A DNA stretch of 56,414 bases, the filler included, from Trichosphaerium sp. ATCC 40318 (lineage: Eukaryota > Protista > Tubulinea): assembly GCA_038496445.1 (NCBI GenBank). It is 2 parts of 2 records of this genome, joined end to end, with 100 filler letters (N's around TTAATTAATTAA, not from the genome) between each part and the next. Parts side by side here need not be neighbours in the genome. Positions count along the whole stretch, not along the records: positions 26,394 to 56,414 come from JALMLS010000588.1; 1 more part is not named here. One strand, 5' to 3'. The notes below the pieces were generated by a model. The model did no database searches. It was not told the DNA's origin and worked only from the letters and a program-made list of their open reading frames with translations. Below, piece by piece: positions 38,975 to 51,552 of the stretch; position 1 is the first letter of the stretch, and each line of letters opens with the position of its first letter. The position numbers were made by a program, and so were the translations under genes.

Positions 38975-40637
38975 TTTATCGTCTTGTGAAACATGATTCG
39001 ATACCAGATCCATATACTTGCCCTTGAATGAGTGATAGATCGGTTATAACCTAAAAAAATGTCACAAAAAACGAGTGGCATTGATTGGAAGACATAAGGA
39101 AAAAGATGCTTTGAATATATCTTATGGTTTTCTTTGAAGTTACTGAACGTACTGAATTACATTCTTCTTTCATTGTATTAGTTGGCCATTCAGGAGGATT
39201 ATCACACTGTTCACAAAAGAATCCACAACATACAACAGGTTTTCCTAAATCAGAACAAGCGTAGAACACATCTGCCTGTTTGTCGTGTGCCTGTACAAAA
39301 AATAAGAATCCACTTCGTTTCGTTGTTATAAAAAATCAACAAGGTACCGTGATAAGCCACTTTAATTGTAGGTGTGTTCTATCAATACATTCTTCATTTA
39401 TTTCCCATAGCTCTTTTATGAAATCACAAGCATCTATGTGACCTGGAGTCATTGGGAATACAACTTTACTTAATGGTTTTGTTGGAACGTTAAGTTTTAA
39501 TACAACAGATGATCTAACGTCTCCTTCGGCTGGTCTATCTCTGAATGTTCCCTTCAAGAAGTTTGAAACGTATCCGTTAATATTTTGTCTGTATGAAGGC
39601 ATATGATTCATAATCAGAGTAAGGAACCTGCAGCAAGAAAAAAATTAGAAACAGAGTTGGCATTTTTATCACATGTCACGTGATTTTTTCTATTGAATTT
39701 TTTTGAATAAAATTTACCTGTATCCAGCAAGAAGTCTTGTTGCGTTACCAGTGAGGTACTTTGTAAATTCTTCCACAAGAGGATACTTCTCGACCTGCAA
39801 TACAAAAAGTAAGAAAACTTGTTGGGTTTTTTTTTTATCTTTGCTCTCGTTTCTTTGTTGTTTACGCACCGCTTCAAGTGGTAGTGCTTTACGGAAGGCT
39901 CCGATTGCATTAAAATAATCTTCGTTTTGAGCTACGGAAACTTTTGCTGTATTACTGAGAGACAAAGCAAATGTGCTAACTTCAGCTATTGCTTCTGAAA
40001 TATCTTCAAAACCAGGCGCCGAAGCAGCTGTTATAATTGGTGAAATCCACTCTAAATTACAATTAGCAAAAAAATAGCTAGTAATACATGCAGAGCGAAG
40101 AATCTGATCTAAAGGAAAAGTACAACTAAAATGCGTAGCACAAGTTTGCCAACTTTTTTTTGTTTTACATTGCTTCATACTTACCTAATAAATGAGGTAA
40201 CAACAAAGCTGATGTTGGTGGCCTCTGTTCAGAGTCACCTAACAGGCTAGTAATTTTTTGAATACTATTACTTTGATCTAATAACCCAGCGTTTACCCAC
40301 CTATTAAAAAACACGTGAATCAATAGCGTAAAAAAAGCATTTTGTTAGGATTGATTTTTTTTCGTAAAATAGAAAGCTCCCAACGATTTTACAATATTGT
40401 GGATATGAATATTGGTATCACGTGGTTTCGTTCGTACCATTTCATCATATCAGCTTCTAAATCCTTTGATGTATACGTTTCTTCGCCTATTTCCTTCTCA
40501 ATCTCACCAGACTCAACCAAACGTCTTCTTTTTGTAATTTCCGTTGCTGTTACTTTTTCTGTTTCTGTTGGCTTACATGATTGTATAGCTAACGATGCAG
40601 ATACAAATATAACAATAAGAAGTATGTACACCCTCAT
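38975..40637 (-). CDS. Multi-exon hypothetical secreted protein with a Cys-rich C-terminus
   Basis: Signal peptide MRVYILLIVIFVSASLA. ORF-track fragments at 40389, 39714, 39336 and 39051 can be joined by GT-AG introns. C-terminal CSDLGKPVVCCGFFCEQCD. Confidence 0.5.
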
Positions 40638-40722
40638 AATTGGCCAATTTACAACTTTTGAAAAGAAATATTTTGACGGAGTTTACTCACAGCTTGTGAA
40701 CGCTTATTTACAGTGAAACTGC

Positions 40723-43700
40723 ATGAACACAACGTACAATCACGGAAATAGCCCATTTAGATGCGCTAATACGGGTCAATCTCTTATTAAACCCAAAAAT
40801 CAAAACAAAGTTAAGAAAAGCCCCAAAATGCTCTTGGAATTACCTAACAAGATCCAAACAGCGATTTGCGCGCTTGATTTTGAAGTTTTCTCAAAATACA
40901 ACTGTATTTCCCGTACAGCTGCAATTAGAACACACTATGACGATAACTTGAAAAAACACGGCGCATGGACGCAATACGAAGAAAGTAGAGAACTTTTTGC
41001 TAAGCAGTTGATACCTCTCAATGGAACGATTTATGCGTGTAAAACATGCACAGAAAGTTTCTGTGGTTAAAGTGTACCTCAAATGCGTAAAAAAATTAAA
41101 TACTATTTTTGACGAGTTTTTTTCTGGTTTTGGAAAGTTTTGCATATTACTGGTCAACAACAGATGCAACGCAATCCAAGTGAAAGGATTTGGTTTATTT
41201 GCGTGTGCTGCGATAAAAAAAAGCATAGGGAGTCAGGAGAAAACAGGTTAAACAAAATAGAAGGTGAATACTTCATTGGATACTCGCCATGCGTTTTAGC
41301 ACGCGTAGAAAACGCTACGGGCAGCTTTGCTTGCAATACATGCCGAAAAAAAAATGCAAATGAGCTAAAGGTATGGTAGACCGAAACCGCCTGCTTTTTT
41401 GAAGCTGCGTATACAAAGCTGTGGCTTAATTACACGTGTGTACAACTTTTCAAAGCAGGCCTTGGCGGTGGGGCCTCTGGTTTCAAGTTTTTCGCCAATC
41501 AACTAAAAAAAAGCGCCAAAATGTCATTCTTATTTAGCATTTAGCGTAACCCAGGTAGACCTGTAGTACAATTTGAAGCACTGCGGACACATCAGCAACG
41601 CAAAAGGTATTGACACTTTTTACATAAAAATCCAAACAACTAATTTTTTCGTAGAAAATTGGATGCTTTACACAAAGAAATAATAACTTATGTTGACCAT
41701 CTACTTGCTCAAAGAGATCCAAAGTTGGTTAATGCATATAGAAAAAGGTATTCAGATCCATCTCAATCACCAACAAAGGCACTGAGGAATAAAATTGTTG
41801 TCGACAGAGTAATACAACTGTATTTGAGTCTTTCAAAGAACTCACCAGTTCGTAAAAGTGCATTGCTCTCCTTCTTTGATGGCATTGATGATAGTACGTA
41901 ATTGTGACTACCTTTTGGTGCTGATTATATCAGAGAATACAGCTAAGATGATCAGCCAAACAACTCAAGCAGTAAACAAAGCCAGACAAAATATTAGAAG
42001 CTGTCCACCTCTTGATTACTTTCTACGAGACCTTGGGTTTAGAAGGGACAAACTAGGAAATAAGGGGAATACAATTTTGGAATGGCTTGAGATGAATTGT
42101 GTTGTTCCATCGGGTAAGTACACGTTGAAATAGTCCACTAATTTTGGCTAAAATAAAAATGTGTTTATTAACAAAACCATTTAGGTAGTACAAATCGGCG
42201 TTTTAGAGGCACAAAAGAAGCAATGTATCTAACATATTGTGCATGGGCAGAAGAACAAGGTCTTGACACAGTGAGCAGGCCAGTGTTTGAGCGTTTTGTA
42301 GATGCCGAACAAATTCAAGTCAGAGAGGGTGATAAATTTGAATCTAAGGAAGCTATTAAGCTTCAAGAAAAGGTAACAGAGTTGAATGAAAAGGTGACTA
42401 GTGGCATACCTGAGGAAAGTCTACAAAAGCTACGAAAAGAAATAGCCAACCTAAAAACAATAGATGAGTTTGCACGTGCTAGGATATATGAATATGTAAA
42501 GGATCACCTTGATCTTGAAGCAAAACCTGATAGAGGTGTTATCACGCTAGATTTTACAGCTTCTCAAACTAACATGGAAACTAACTACATTATCCTTGTC
42601 TTGGTTTTAGCAACGAAGAACAAAATAGAATTGCCAGAAACATTGAAGAAGTATATGGTGTCACCTACAAAACCACCATCAACATCAAATATAACTCTCG
42701 ACAAACCTCAAAAAAAGAAAAGAAAAAGACGCACTAAGAAAGAGATGGAAAGAGATCAAGCAAAAAACCCTAAGAAACGACGAATGTCACACACGCAAAA
42801 GCTTAAACAAGACGCTAAACCAACTCCACAATTGAAAAGTATTCCATCTATTAACCGCTCAACATACAAACCTTGTGTTACATACTTACACTTCACTGTT
42901 AAAAAAGAACAAAAGAATAAAAAGGTAAAACAAACTGCTGACTATGTACAGTGGGTTCTAGAGCTTTTATACCAACATAAGTTCTTTGACCTGTTCAAAG
43001 AAATTATTCTATGGCACGTACCTTTTTTGTTGTTTCATTTTCTCTTTATTCAGCAACTAACCCTTTACAGGTCAGATGGATGTGGCAAACATTTTAAAAC
43101 ATACCCTATACATGCTGTTGTTGCCAATATTCAACAGCGCTTAAAAACACGTGATCCAGGAGCCAATATTATATGGCGGTTTTTGGCACCACTTCGTGCT
43201 CACAACAGAGCTGATGGTTCCGCAGCAAGCTCTAAAAAGCTACAAAATAAGTACATACGAAATTTCTTTGTATTGAGTGAACTGTCGCACCTTGCATATG
43301 CTTGTCGTACTCTCAAAAATACGTACATGTTAGAAGCCATGGTGAATGATTTTCCTGTTCTCGAACCAGCTGAACCTATTGGTGATACATTTATGCGAAA
43401 TGCATTTCAATTTAGCTACGGCATACCAGAAAATGGTTTTGATGACTGTGAACACACGTGCGTTAGCAAAAAACAAATGCGAGTACTAATTTTCTGTTAA
43501 ATATAGTTGTGATCCTAAAGGCCCAAACAGAACATGTAACCACAATTGTGGGGGTTGTAGACGTGATCCTATCCGATTTTTGCCTGTGACGGTAGCCATG
43601 CGTTATGGTTCTGAGTTGGTGCTTGAGGACAAGAGGATACAACTCAGCTATAACGGTCCCAAACCAACAAAAAAAGATGGATGGAATACTAAGAGAGACA

Positions 43701-43807
43701 AACAAAGAAGAAATCCAAAACGTAGAATACGCTCTAGGGGAACTAGTTATATACACCTAGCACAAGATGAGCCGATTGAGGATGGACAAAAGGAGTATAT
43801 TCCGTAA
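40723..43807 (+). mobile_element. Sola-like DDD DNA transposase gene (multi-exon, Cys-rich termini, probable 5' frameshift)
   Basis: RNase H-fold triad context GVITLDFT ... IILW|SDGCGKHFKTY ... WRFLAPLRAHNRADG resembles the DF / SDG / HGKxxxDG signature of Sola-type transposases. CxxC pairs at the N-terminus and a basic NLS-like KKKRKRR. No convincing TIRs found. Confidence 0.65.
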
Positions 43808-44073
43808 ATAAAGAAAAAAACTACATTTTTTTTACAATAAAAGTCTATATTTGTACAATTACTATCTTTGTCCTCTTCAGAAGTGTTTGATAGTCGAGTC
43901 CTATAAACTTGTATATATATGCCACAACATATATAACTTTTGGTTTGGTGAGATTAAGCTGTGATGTGAAATTGAATTATTTTAAAATAATCAACTACTT
44001 AGCAAAAAATTCTCTACGGAAAACTTTCGAAAAAACGGGAAAAAAAAAACTTGCTAACCGACTACTCGCGTAG

Positions 44074-44735
44074 GTGAGTTTGAAGGAAATCTGAAAGTCA
44101 CGTGTACGTACCAAAACGGAAAACTACATGGTCCCTATAGATCATACCATGTCGTTAATGGAAAAGAAGCAGAGATAGCGCATTACAGAAACGGGGAATT
44201 GCATGGTGTAGTGAAAGGGTACAACGAAGATGGAACCCGAGACAAGTTAGAGAATTATAAAGATGGTGCTAGACATGGTGTACAAAAACAATGGATAGAT
44301 GATTATCTATGTAGCTCACATGAATATAAAAACGATAAGCTCGATGGATTATATGAGGACTTCTTTGATGATGGTCACTTGGATATACTTGGAAATTTTA
44401 AAAATGGTGAAAAACACGGTGAGAGAAAGATATGGTATATTAATGCTTTCGGAACGGATTACCATCAAATAGAGGCACACTCAAACTGGAAGAACGGAAA
44501 AATGCATGGAAGATGTCGTGACTGGTATCCTAATGGTCAAATACATGTAGACTCTACAATGTGTGAAGGAGAAATTGATGGTATTTATAAAGAGTGGTCT
44601 GCAGATGGTACTTTAACTCATCATGCAAAATTTGCTTGTGGTAAAAAGGTTGAGGTTTACAAAGATTTACAAGTTCCTTATGAGGACCCAAGACATACGA
44701 TGACAAAATTATGGAATAAGAAAATATTCGGATAA
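44074..44735 (+). CDS. MORN2-variant (YwqK-like) repeat protein; 5' exon not found
   Basis: Repeats YQNGKLHG, YRNGELHG, YKDGARHG, FKNGEKHG, WKNGKMHG and WYPNGQ; preceded by a CTAAC...TAG acceptor at 44073. Confidence 0.8.
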
Positions 44736-44754
44736 CAAACATTTTTACAAGACG

Positions 44755-45205
44755 TTAGAGTTCTGATACTAACTACTACTCTTCTATCAACTAACCAAAG
44801 GGACTCAACTTAGACGATGTTTGGGAGGAAGACAAAATGTCTTGTGGCTCTAGCGCAGCGCCAAGCATTTGTTATCTATTATACAAGAAACACTTGGAAA
44901 ATAAAAGAAAGTTTTACAGGTTTTTAAAACAAATTGAAAAGGAAATTTTTGGGTGGGATGTGGGTGATTGCCGCTCGCCATGTTCTTGTACACGTTGTAG
45001 GCGTTTGTAGTTGATTTATGAGTCATACCAAGTCTTACCCAAACGTCTGTAACGGAGAAAACACGTGTACAGCCATTAGAGTTCTGATACTAACTACTAC
45101 TCTTCTATCAACTAACCAAAGGGACTCAACTTAGACGATGTTTGGGAGGAAGACAAAATGTCTTGTGGCTCTAGCGCAGCGCCAAGCATTTGTTATCTAT
45201 TATAC
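44755..45205 (-). repeat. Split direct repeats: identical 130-bp B copies (44755-44884, 45076-45205) flanking putative A2 (44885-45075)
   Basis: ttagagttctgatactaac...gttatctattatac occurs twice with no difference seen. Confidence 0.92.
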
Positions 45206-45222
45206 CCAGTTGGCTAACGGAC

Positions 45223-46323
45223 CTACTGGTTCCATGGTAGACAACCATCCTCCCCAACATCATCGTGAGTGCCTAACTTACCTTTGTGGATCCGGTCCAC
45301 CATCATTTTCGGTGCAATTAATCGTTGCTGTTTTGATTGTACCACATATATTTTATAAGCATCAGACTTCCAGTCTCCAATATACTTAATCCATGCTTCT
45401 GGTACGCCTGATGCTGCTGCAAAAGTAGCACCACCTCGTCTGAAAGAATGACCTGCGTAATCTTTCGCTTGCAGATCCACTTTGGACATCATATACTTAG
45501 TCCACTTAACCATCACACTATATGTGATAGCTATCCATTTGCCATTATCTTTGTACCGAAAGATAGAGGTGCCCCTCACTGGGCTAATCTGTGCCAATAA
45601 TCGTTTCAGTGCTTTGACAGGGCACAGTGGGTGACCTTCCATTCCATAGAAGGGAACCGTGTGTATTCTTTCACGAAACCTTATTGTTTTCGTTTTGCAT
45701 AATATGTACCATATATTATTACCATCCAGCTGTAAGTTGTCTATTGACATGTGCCGTTCTACCTCAAAGGACTTTGCTTTTCTAGGTACAACATTACCAA
45801 TTCGAAGCATACCCCAAAAGGACACCAAGGCCGCTGTCCACATAACTAAATCTTTATCGTCACTCAACACCACCTTCAATCGCATCTTTAACAACAACTC
45901 TGGTGTTATTGGTCTCTTGCGGTCGACTTTGATACCATGTAGTCGCTTCAAACCTCGTAACATATCATGGTATCGAGGGCATAGTAATCGTGGGTCTTCT
46001 TTACCTAATCTCACTGATAACCAAGACCAATGTGAGAGGTATACTCGTATGGTTTCTGCCCTTAAACCCTTGTCATCACTTGTATCTTTTGAGAGAAAAG
46101 CGACTACATTGATTAATGTTTGTTCGCTCATTGGGAACCATGTTTCGTATGGTATGTTCATGGCTAGCAAGGCCAATATAATTGCCTTGCAAGCGCTTCT
46201 TCTGTTGTTGGTTGTGGATGCTGGGTATGCATTTGTCAGTATTTTAACCCTTTTATCCTCAACCTCTTGTGATATTTTATCTATAAAAAACAGGTTGTTA
46301 GTGTATACATCGTCCACTAACAT
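45223..46323 (-). CDS. Tyrosine recombinase of the DIRS/Ngaro element
   Basis: Catalytic set LRIGN (R), KTKT (K), GHSFRRGGAT (HxxR), GDWKSDAYKIY (W, Y). Confidence 0.92.
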   Translation of the reverse strand: MLVDDVYTNNLFFIDKISQEVEDKRVKILTNAYPASTTNNRRSACKAIILALLAMNIPYETWFPMSEQTLINVVAFLSKDTSDDKGLRAETIRVYLSHWSWLSVRLGKEDPRLLCPRYHDMLRGLKRLHGIKVDRKRPITPELLLKMRLKVVLSDDKDLVMWTAALVSFWGMLRIGNVVPRKAKSFEVERHMSIDNLQLDGNNIWYILCKTKTIRFRERIHTVPFYGMEGHPLCPVKALKRLLAQISPVRGTSIFRYKDNGKWIAITYSVMVKWTKYMMSKVDLQAKDYAGHSFRRGGATFAAASGVPEAWIKYIGDWKSDAYKIYVVQSKQQRLIAPKMMVDRIHKGKLGTHDDVGEDGCLPWNQ

Positions 46324-47569
46324 TTAAAAACCCTTTTTCAGCTACTGCTGTGTGAAACCGTTGCCAGTCTAACCGACTTAACGCATCTGCAATGACGTTA
46401 TCTTTTGAAGCAATCCATTGAACCTCCAATCTGAAGTTATGAATTGCTGACCACTTGTGTATGTCGTATAGAAATCTCATCGATTCTTTACTTTTTGATG
46501 TAAGCTTGTTTATGCCTGACACCACACCCGTGTTATCAATGTGCAAATTGATCACTTGTTTGCCTGACAATAAAAGTTTCCACTCCTTAATTGCCATCCA
46601 TATGGCATACATCTCCTTGATGCCTATGTCCCAGTCCTTCTCTTTTCCTGTGAAGGAGTGGACAAGCCATTTGCCGTTGAAAAAGGCACCTGCTGCAAAG
46701 CTAGACGCATCTGTTTGAAAACGACCATTTTCTAAAGGTAAGGGAGATAGTAATAAGGCTTTACCATTCCATTCCTCCATCATTTCTTGCCACCACTTAA
46801 GGTCAGCTTTCATCGTTTTTGTGAGTGGTACCCATTGTTCATTGTTGGTGAACCTAGCCATGCCAGCATACCATCTACGCATGTAGGTACGACCACCATA
46901 AACAACTTGAGCCGCAAAATTCAATGTACCTGCCAAGCTTTGACACTTACGTAGCTTAGCTGACTTCTGTGATAAGAACCACGTCAACTGTTTTGCAATT
47001 TTTTCTTGTTTGCGCTTCGTAAGGGAGACAGTACGTGTCTCCGTGTCAAACAAAAGGCCTAAAAAGGTCAACTTCTGAGCAGGGCCTACGCTCTTTTCCT
47101 CAGTCATGATAAACCCTAGCGTTTCCAGGACTTTACCAATCAAATCCATTGCTTCTTGCACTTGTTCTTTTGTGTGACCAATGATGAACCAGTCATCAAT
47201 GTACACCACATGAAAAGCTTCAACAACTGAGCACACATACCTTGAGACCATATTCATGAGTCTCACAAACACCCAAGGTGCTTTGTTCCACCCAAAAGGT
47301 AACCGTGTGTCTTTGTACTTGATACCCAGCCATTCGAAACCAAACAAGTCTTGGTCATCTTCCATAACTGGAACCATTCTGTAGGCACAGTGCATGTCCC
47401 TCTTGCCTAGCCATAAAACACACGAGTGACTACGTATGTATCTAATAGCCTCTGCTAGAGCATCTAATTGGAACGGGGGAGGAGATCCAGACAAGTCGTT
47501 TGTAGAAGAACCAATTGGAAGGTTCAAGCATACAATCTTTCTAATCTTATCACGGAAGGCACCTTCCAT
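46298..47569 (-). CDS. Reverse transcriptase/RNase H of the DIRS/Ngaro element (N-terminally truncated)
   Basis: RT motifs KRDMHCAYR, LPFGW, YIDD and FLGL; DIRS-type RNase H motifs TDASS, KEMYA, HIDN and NVIADALSR. Confidence 0.92.
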   Translation of the reverse strand: MEGAFRDKIRKIVCLNLPIGSSTNDLSGSPPPFQLDALAEAIRYIRSHSCVLWLGKRDMHCAYRMVPVMEDDQDLFGFEWLGIKYKDTRLPFGWNKAPWVFVRLMNMVSRYVCSVVEAFHVVYIDDWFIIGHTKEQVQEAMDLIGKVLETLGFIMTEEKSVGPAQKLTFLGLLFDTETRTVSLTKRKQEKIAKQLTWFLSQKSAKLRKCQSLAGTLNFAAQVVYGGRTYMRRWYAGMARFTNNEQWVPLTKTMKADLKWWQEMMEEWNGKALLLSPLPLENGRFQTDASSFAAGAFFNGKWLVHSFTGKEKDWDIGIKEMYAIWMAIKEWKLLLSGKQVINLHIDNTGVVSGINKLTSKSKESMRFLYDIHKWSAIHNFRLEVQWIASKDNVIADALSRLDWQRFHTAVAEKGFLNVSGRCIH

Positions 47570-47669
47570 GGTTTACAGAAAGAATATCATATGTGAAAGT
47601 GCAACAATACTTCAGGTAAAATACAATTTTTTTATTCTGTCAGATATAAATCTGACATACACAAGTGAG

Positions 47670-50600
47670 TTACTTTCTAGGTGTTTTTGGACTCTTAACG
47701 CTTTTAGGACTCTTTAATTTAGAATCAGAGCGTGGGTTTAAGCTCTTACTTCTAGACTTAAACAATGATTTCTTCTTCTCCTTTACAGGTAAGTCACCTG
47801 ATGCAGGACCCATTGTAAAGTCACCTTGAGGTATTACCTTATCTTTAGAGTTCCACCTTTAATAGAAAGTTTAGAAGAAGGTAACAAAAATGTTGGAAAA
47901 AAGAAAGAAAGAGCAGCAGTGGCTGACAACATACCAGCGACCTTTGATATGGAATTGACCTGTAATAGTACCCCTGAGTGTTAATGGCCCAATCTTTTTC
48001 TTTATCCAAGCCTTTTCGATTTCAACCTTGCGTTCACCCTGCACGACAATCATTAGTACATAACTCGTAGACCAAGTCAAAATAAAAAGAAAAGGTTTTG
48101 TAATTACGCTCTTGTTCCGAAAAAATATTCTATTTACGCATAACATGCGTGGTAACATACCTTGAATATAGTACCATTGACCTTATATTTACCATGACCA
48201 TCTTTAGATTGGCCTGTAAATAACATTTTCGACTTATCATGTGCATGAAGAGAAAATGTAAGCTCAACAAGAGAACACAACCTTGGAGCTGCACTTGAGT
48301 TTCTTCCAGTCATATCAAACTTATACAACTGTGGCTCTTCAGGTAACTGCAATGGCTACAATAAAATGAGAAAAAAAACAAAAAGACGAAAATAAACACG
48401 TGCAAGAGGTAAAACAAACAATCAAAAAAAAATGCGCAAAAACTTTTCAACAAAAACAACTTACCATTGTCGCTTGAGACCATCTACCTTGACGACCTCT
48501 TGGAGATCCAGTCTCTTGAGTATTAGTAGTATTTCTACGTCCATCAAGAGATTCGCCATAAGAAGCATGACTACTAGTACTTGCGAAACTCTCAGAACGC
48601 ACATGAGGATCACTATTAGTTTTGTGTATTGGTGAATGACCAGATGCTTCAGAAGCATCAATATTCATTCCAGCTCCACCAAATGTACTCCTTACACCTC
48701 CAAATTGAGGTTGATATCTTGGAGACTCAGACGAAGTTAGGTTACTAACATTACGCCCAGGAATAGCAGAATAATTAGTTGTATCATCACTAACACTTGA
48801 TCTTGAATCTTCTGTATTGGTGCCATCAGCATCAATACCAATAGCTACATTAGGAGAGCTCATTGTGTTAACGCTGGCGCTAGGGCTATCGCTTGCGCCA
48901 ACGTTGGTACTTCCGCCTATGCTGAAGTTGTTTGCTTGTAGTCGTGGTGAATGAGATCTCGAGTCATGTCCTGATGCCTTAGCAGATGACGATGAACTTG
49001 AAGATGAATCAGTTTCTTCAGGTTCAGGACGCTCTTTAGGATCACCAGAGAATGTTGCATTAACACCCATTCTACCAACTTGCATACCCATACTCAAATT
49101 AACCTTTGAGTTCGCCTCAACCTCTTTTTGAGCAAAACGTGCTTCAGCAGCATCACGCATACGTAACTCTGCAATTTCTTGACGTGTAGATATAGGACCA
49201 CGTTCTTCTTCATCATCAGAAGCAGCGCTACTCTGAGAAGTCATAATGAAGCTCTCAGACGGTTTACCAGTATTACTAGCAAAGGTACCGCTAAGTCCTT
49301 TATTATGAGCAGACTTAAATCCAGCTCCTGAGTTCGCACCAACAGAAGCTTTTTTAAACCCAGTACCTCCTCCAATGCTAGCATTAAAGGTAGAGGAAGC
49401 ACCAGACCCAACACTACCGAAAGTGGCTCCTCCCGTTGCGCCTTTTGAGTTGACGCTGACGATACTTGAAGAACTTCCTGTATCTGGCGATGATCGGAAT
49501 CTATTCCTTTGAAGTCCAAGAAGAGAAACACGACGTTGTCCTAGAGGACTGTTGCTTGCAACACGTTGAGACTCGAAGGTTGTCTTCAACTGTCTTTGTT
49601 TATCTTGGAACTCATTTTGAGCTGCTGATATATCACTCTGTATTTTACGTAGTGTTGCTTGTTTTGAGAGGATTTCATGATTAAGTGAAGATAATTCACG
49701 TTTCTTTACGTCTATCTCTGATACTACTTTATCATAGATTGACTTTCTTGCGTTTAGGTGTTTATCGATCTCACCTAGTTTCTTTGTGAGCTCTGCGTTC
49801 AAGTCGTAGAGAGCTGCTTTTTTTGCAAGGAGTTGGTGGTCTAGGTCTTTTAATAGGTCCGTTTTCTCTTTTATAGATGCATCTTGTGAAATAGAAGCAG
49901 GATTTTGAGGTTTGATTTGGTTCTGGACGTCAAACTGTGCTTGAAGTTGTGCTAATTCGTCTTTTTTAATCTTGATCTCTAGGTCTAGAGAACCAAGTTT
50001 AATCTCCTTTGTATTAATAGTGTTCATCATAGAAGAAGATAGCTCTAAAGAATTATGATAATAAGTACTGTGACGACGAGATATTTCCAAAAAAACAAAA
50101 AAAAAGATTTTACATACCCTCAAAAGAAACATCATCCTCAGTGTACGTAGGGCCAACAGGCGTAGGTGTATCAGCTGTAAGCTCTATAGTACTCCCTCTA
50201 GGGGAAGAAAGCATAAACGAAGCATCTAGGATACCTGAGCTCGATTTTTCAACACTATTCGCCGAATAATCGCCTCTAGCACTTGCAGGTTTTGCGCTAA
50301 TATCGACCTTGGTATTGCTTTCTATCGTCAAATTGAATCTCTTCTTGCTACTGGTGTTACTGCTTGAACTACTAGAGCTACTACTGCTACTCGAGCTATC
50401 ATCATCTCTAACTGCACTTGAAGCGCGATCTCTTGAGTCTGCTTTGACGAAAAGTCCACCGCCGAGTCTATTGGCGCTTGACGCGCTTCCATACATTGAA
50501 CTGCTACCAGATATACTACTCTTGCTGTTGATACCCACAGAAGTAGTTATACCCATTTTTGCGAGATCATCGTCTTGAAACGCATTATACTGAAGTCCAA

Positions 50601-51419
50601 GTGTAGCACCGCTTAAACTCCTTCTCTTGTCAATAGGAAGGACAGAATCAGAGTCTGACGAATTACCAATATCGTCTAGGTTGCTTTCGTGTACTGTATC
50701 GGAGAATACGTCGCTTGCTTCATCAGAAGAGTACATATTTGATGCAAAAGTAGACATCATTGGATTGTCGCCGAAATTTGTTGCTCTGGTGTCTTGATGT
50801 CCGTATGTTCTAGGAGAACCTGGGAACCATGCTAAAAAGAAGTTTTAGCAACAACCAAAAACGTAAAACGATAAATAATTTCTGATAAACGCAAATTTAT
50901 GAGTAATTAAGCTCATAGAATGCGATTCGAGTTTGTATGTACGTTACATACACTGTTTTGTTCTTTCCCTTTCTTGTTCCATTGCAAAGTTTGCAGACGC
51001 ATTGCTTGAGCTCGTAACAGGATCAGCAGTAAGCATCGAGTCGGTTTCGTCCAAAGTAATACCAAAACGGTGTTTATCTAAAAGTCGGTTATTTCTTTCT
51101 TCATCGGTTTGCTTGAATACGCACTGAGCATGATTTGGTAAAAACCGATAAGGTCGGTTGCTTCAACATCAATTTCTTCTAGTATTGGTACTATTTCTGT
51201 TGCAGACAAAGTAGAGCCTAATTGGCGAAGGAAATCGATGGCTGTTGAATACGGCACTTTTCCGGAGTGCGAACTGTCGGCGTATGTGCTCCATATCACT
51301 TGAAGGTTTCTGTACTCAGGATTATCGTGGCCAAGCCTACGTTCGATTATCAGTACGGAAAGTAGCGCAAAATAGCTTATATAACCGTACTTTACAACAG
51401 AGCCACTTGGAGACGACAT
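47670..51419 (-). CDS. Large multi-exon protein: EF-hand-like N-terminus, Ser-rich disordered regions, coiled coil, C-terminal beta domain and basic tail
   Basis: YADSSHSGKVPYSTAIDFLRQLG...LEEIDVEATDLIGF resembles an EF-hand pair. ORFs at 51078, 50110, 48447, 48134 and 47871 join by GT-AG introns; ends KSPKTPRK*. Confidence 0.65.
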
Positions 51420-51552
51420 GTAATCTTTTTTGTCGTCAGTTGCGCCAAACTGGAGGGAGAACGAATGAATATCAAGACTGGTTTTAGTCAAACAAGCGCT
51501 ATCTTGCCCAAAATTAGTTGAGGTTAGATTTGATGGTGCCAATGGCGTTACG

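Larger units (their letters stand above)
44755..47569 (-). mobile_element. Ngaro/DIRS-order tyrosine-recombinase retrotransposon, 5'-truncated (no gag, no A1 repeat)
   Basis: An RT/RNase H ORF overlaps a YR ORF, followed by a B1-A2-B2 split-direct-repeat 3' end. Confidence 0.9.

Noticed and set aside
40680-43972. Candidate TIRs gagtttactcacagctt / aagctgtgatgtgaaatt for the Sola-like gene
   Set aside because: Only 9 bp match perfectly, the termini disagree and no TSD is seen.
45659-46718. Plus-strand ORFs of 222 aa and 87 aa inside the retroelement
   Set aside because: Antisense to YR and RNase H with no motifs.
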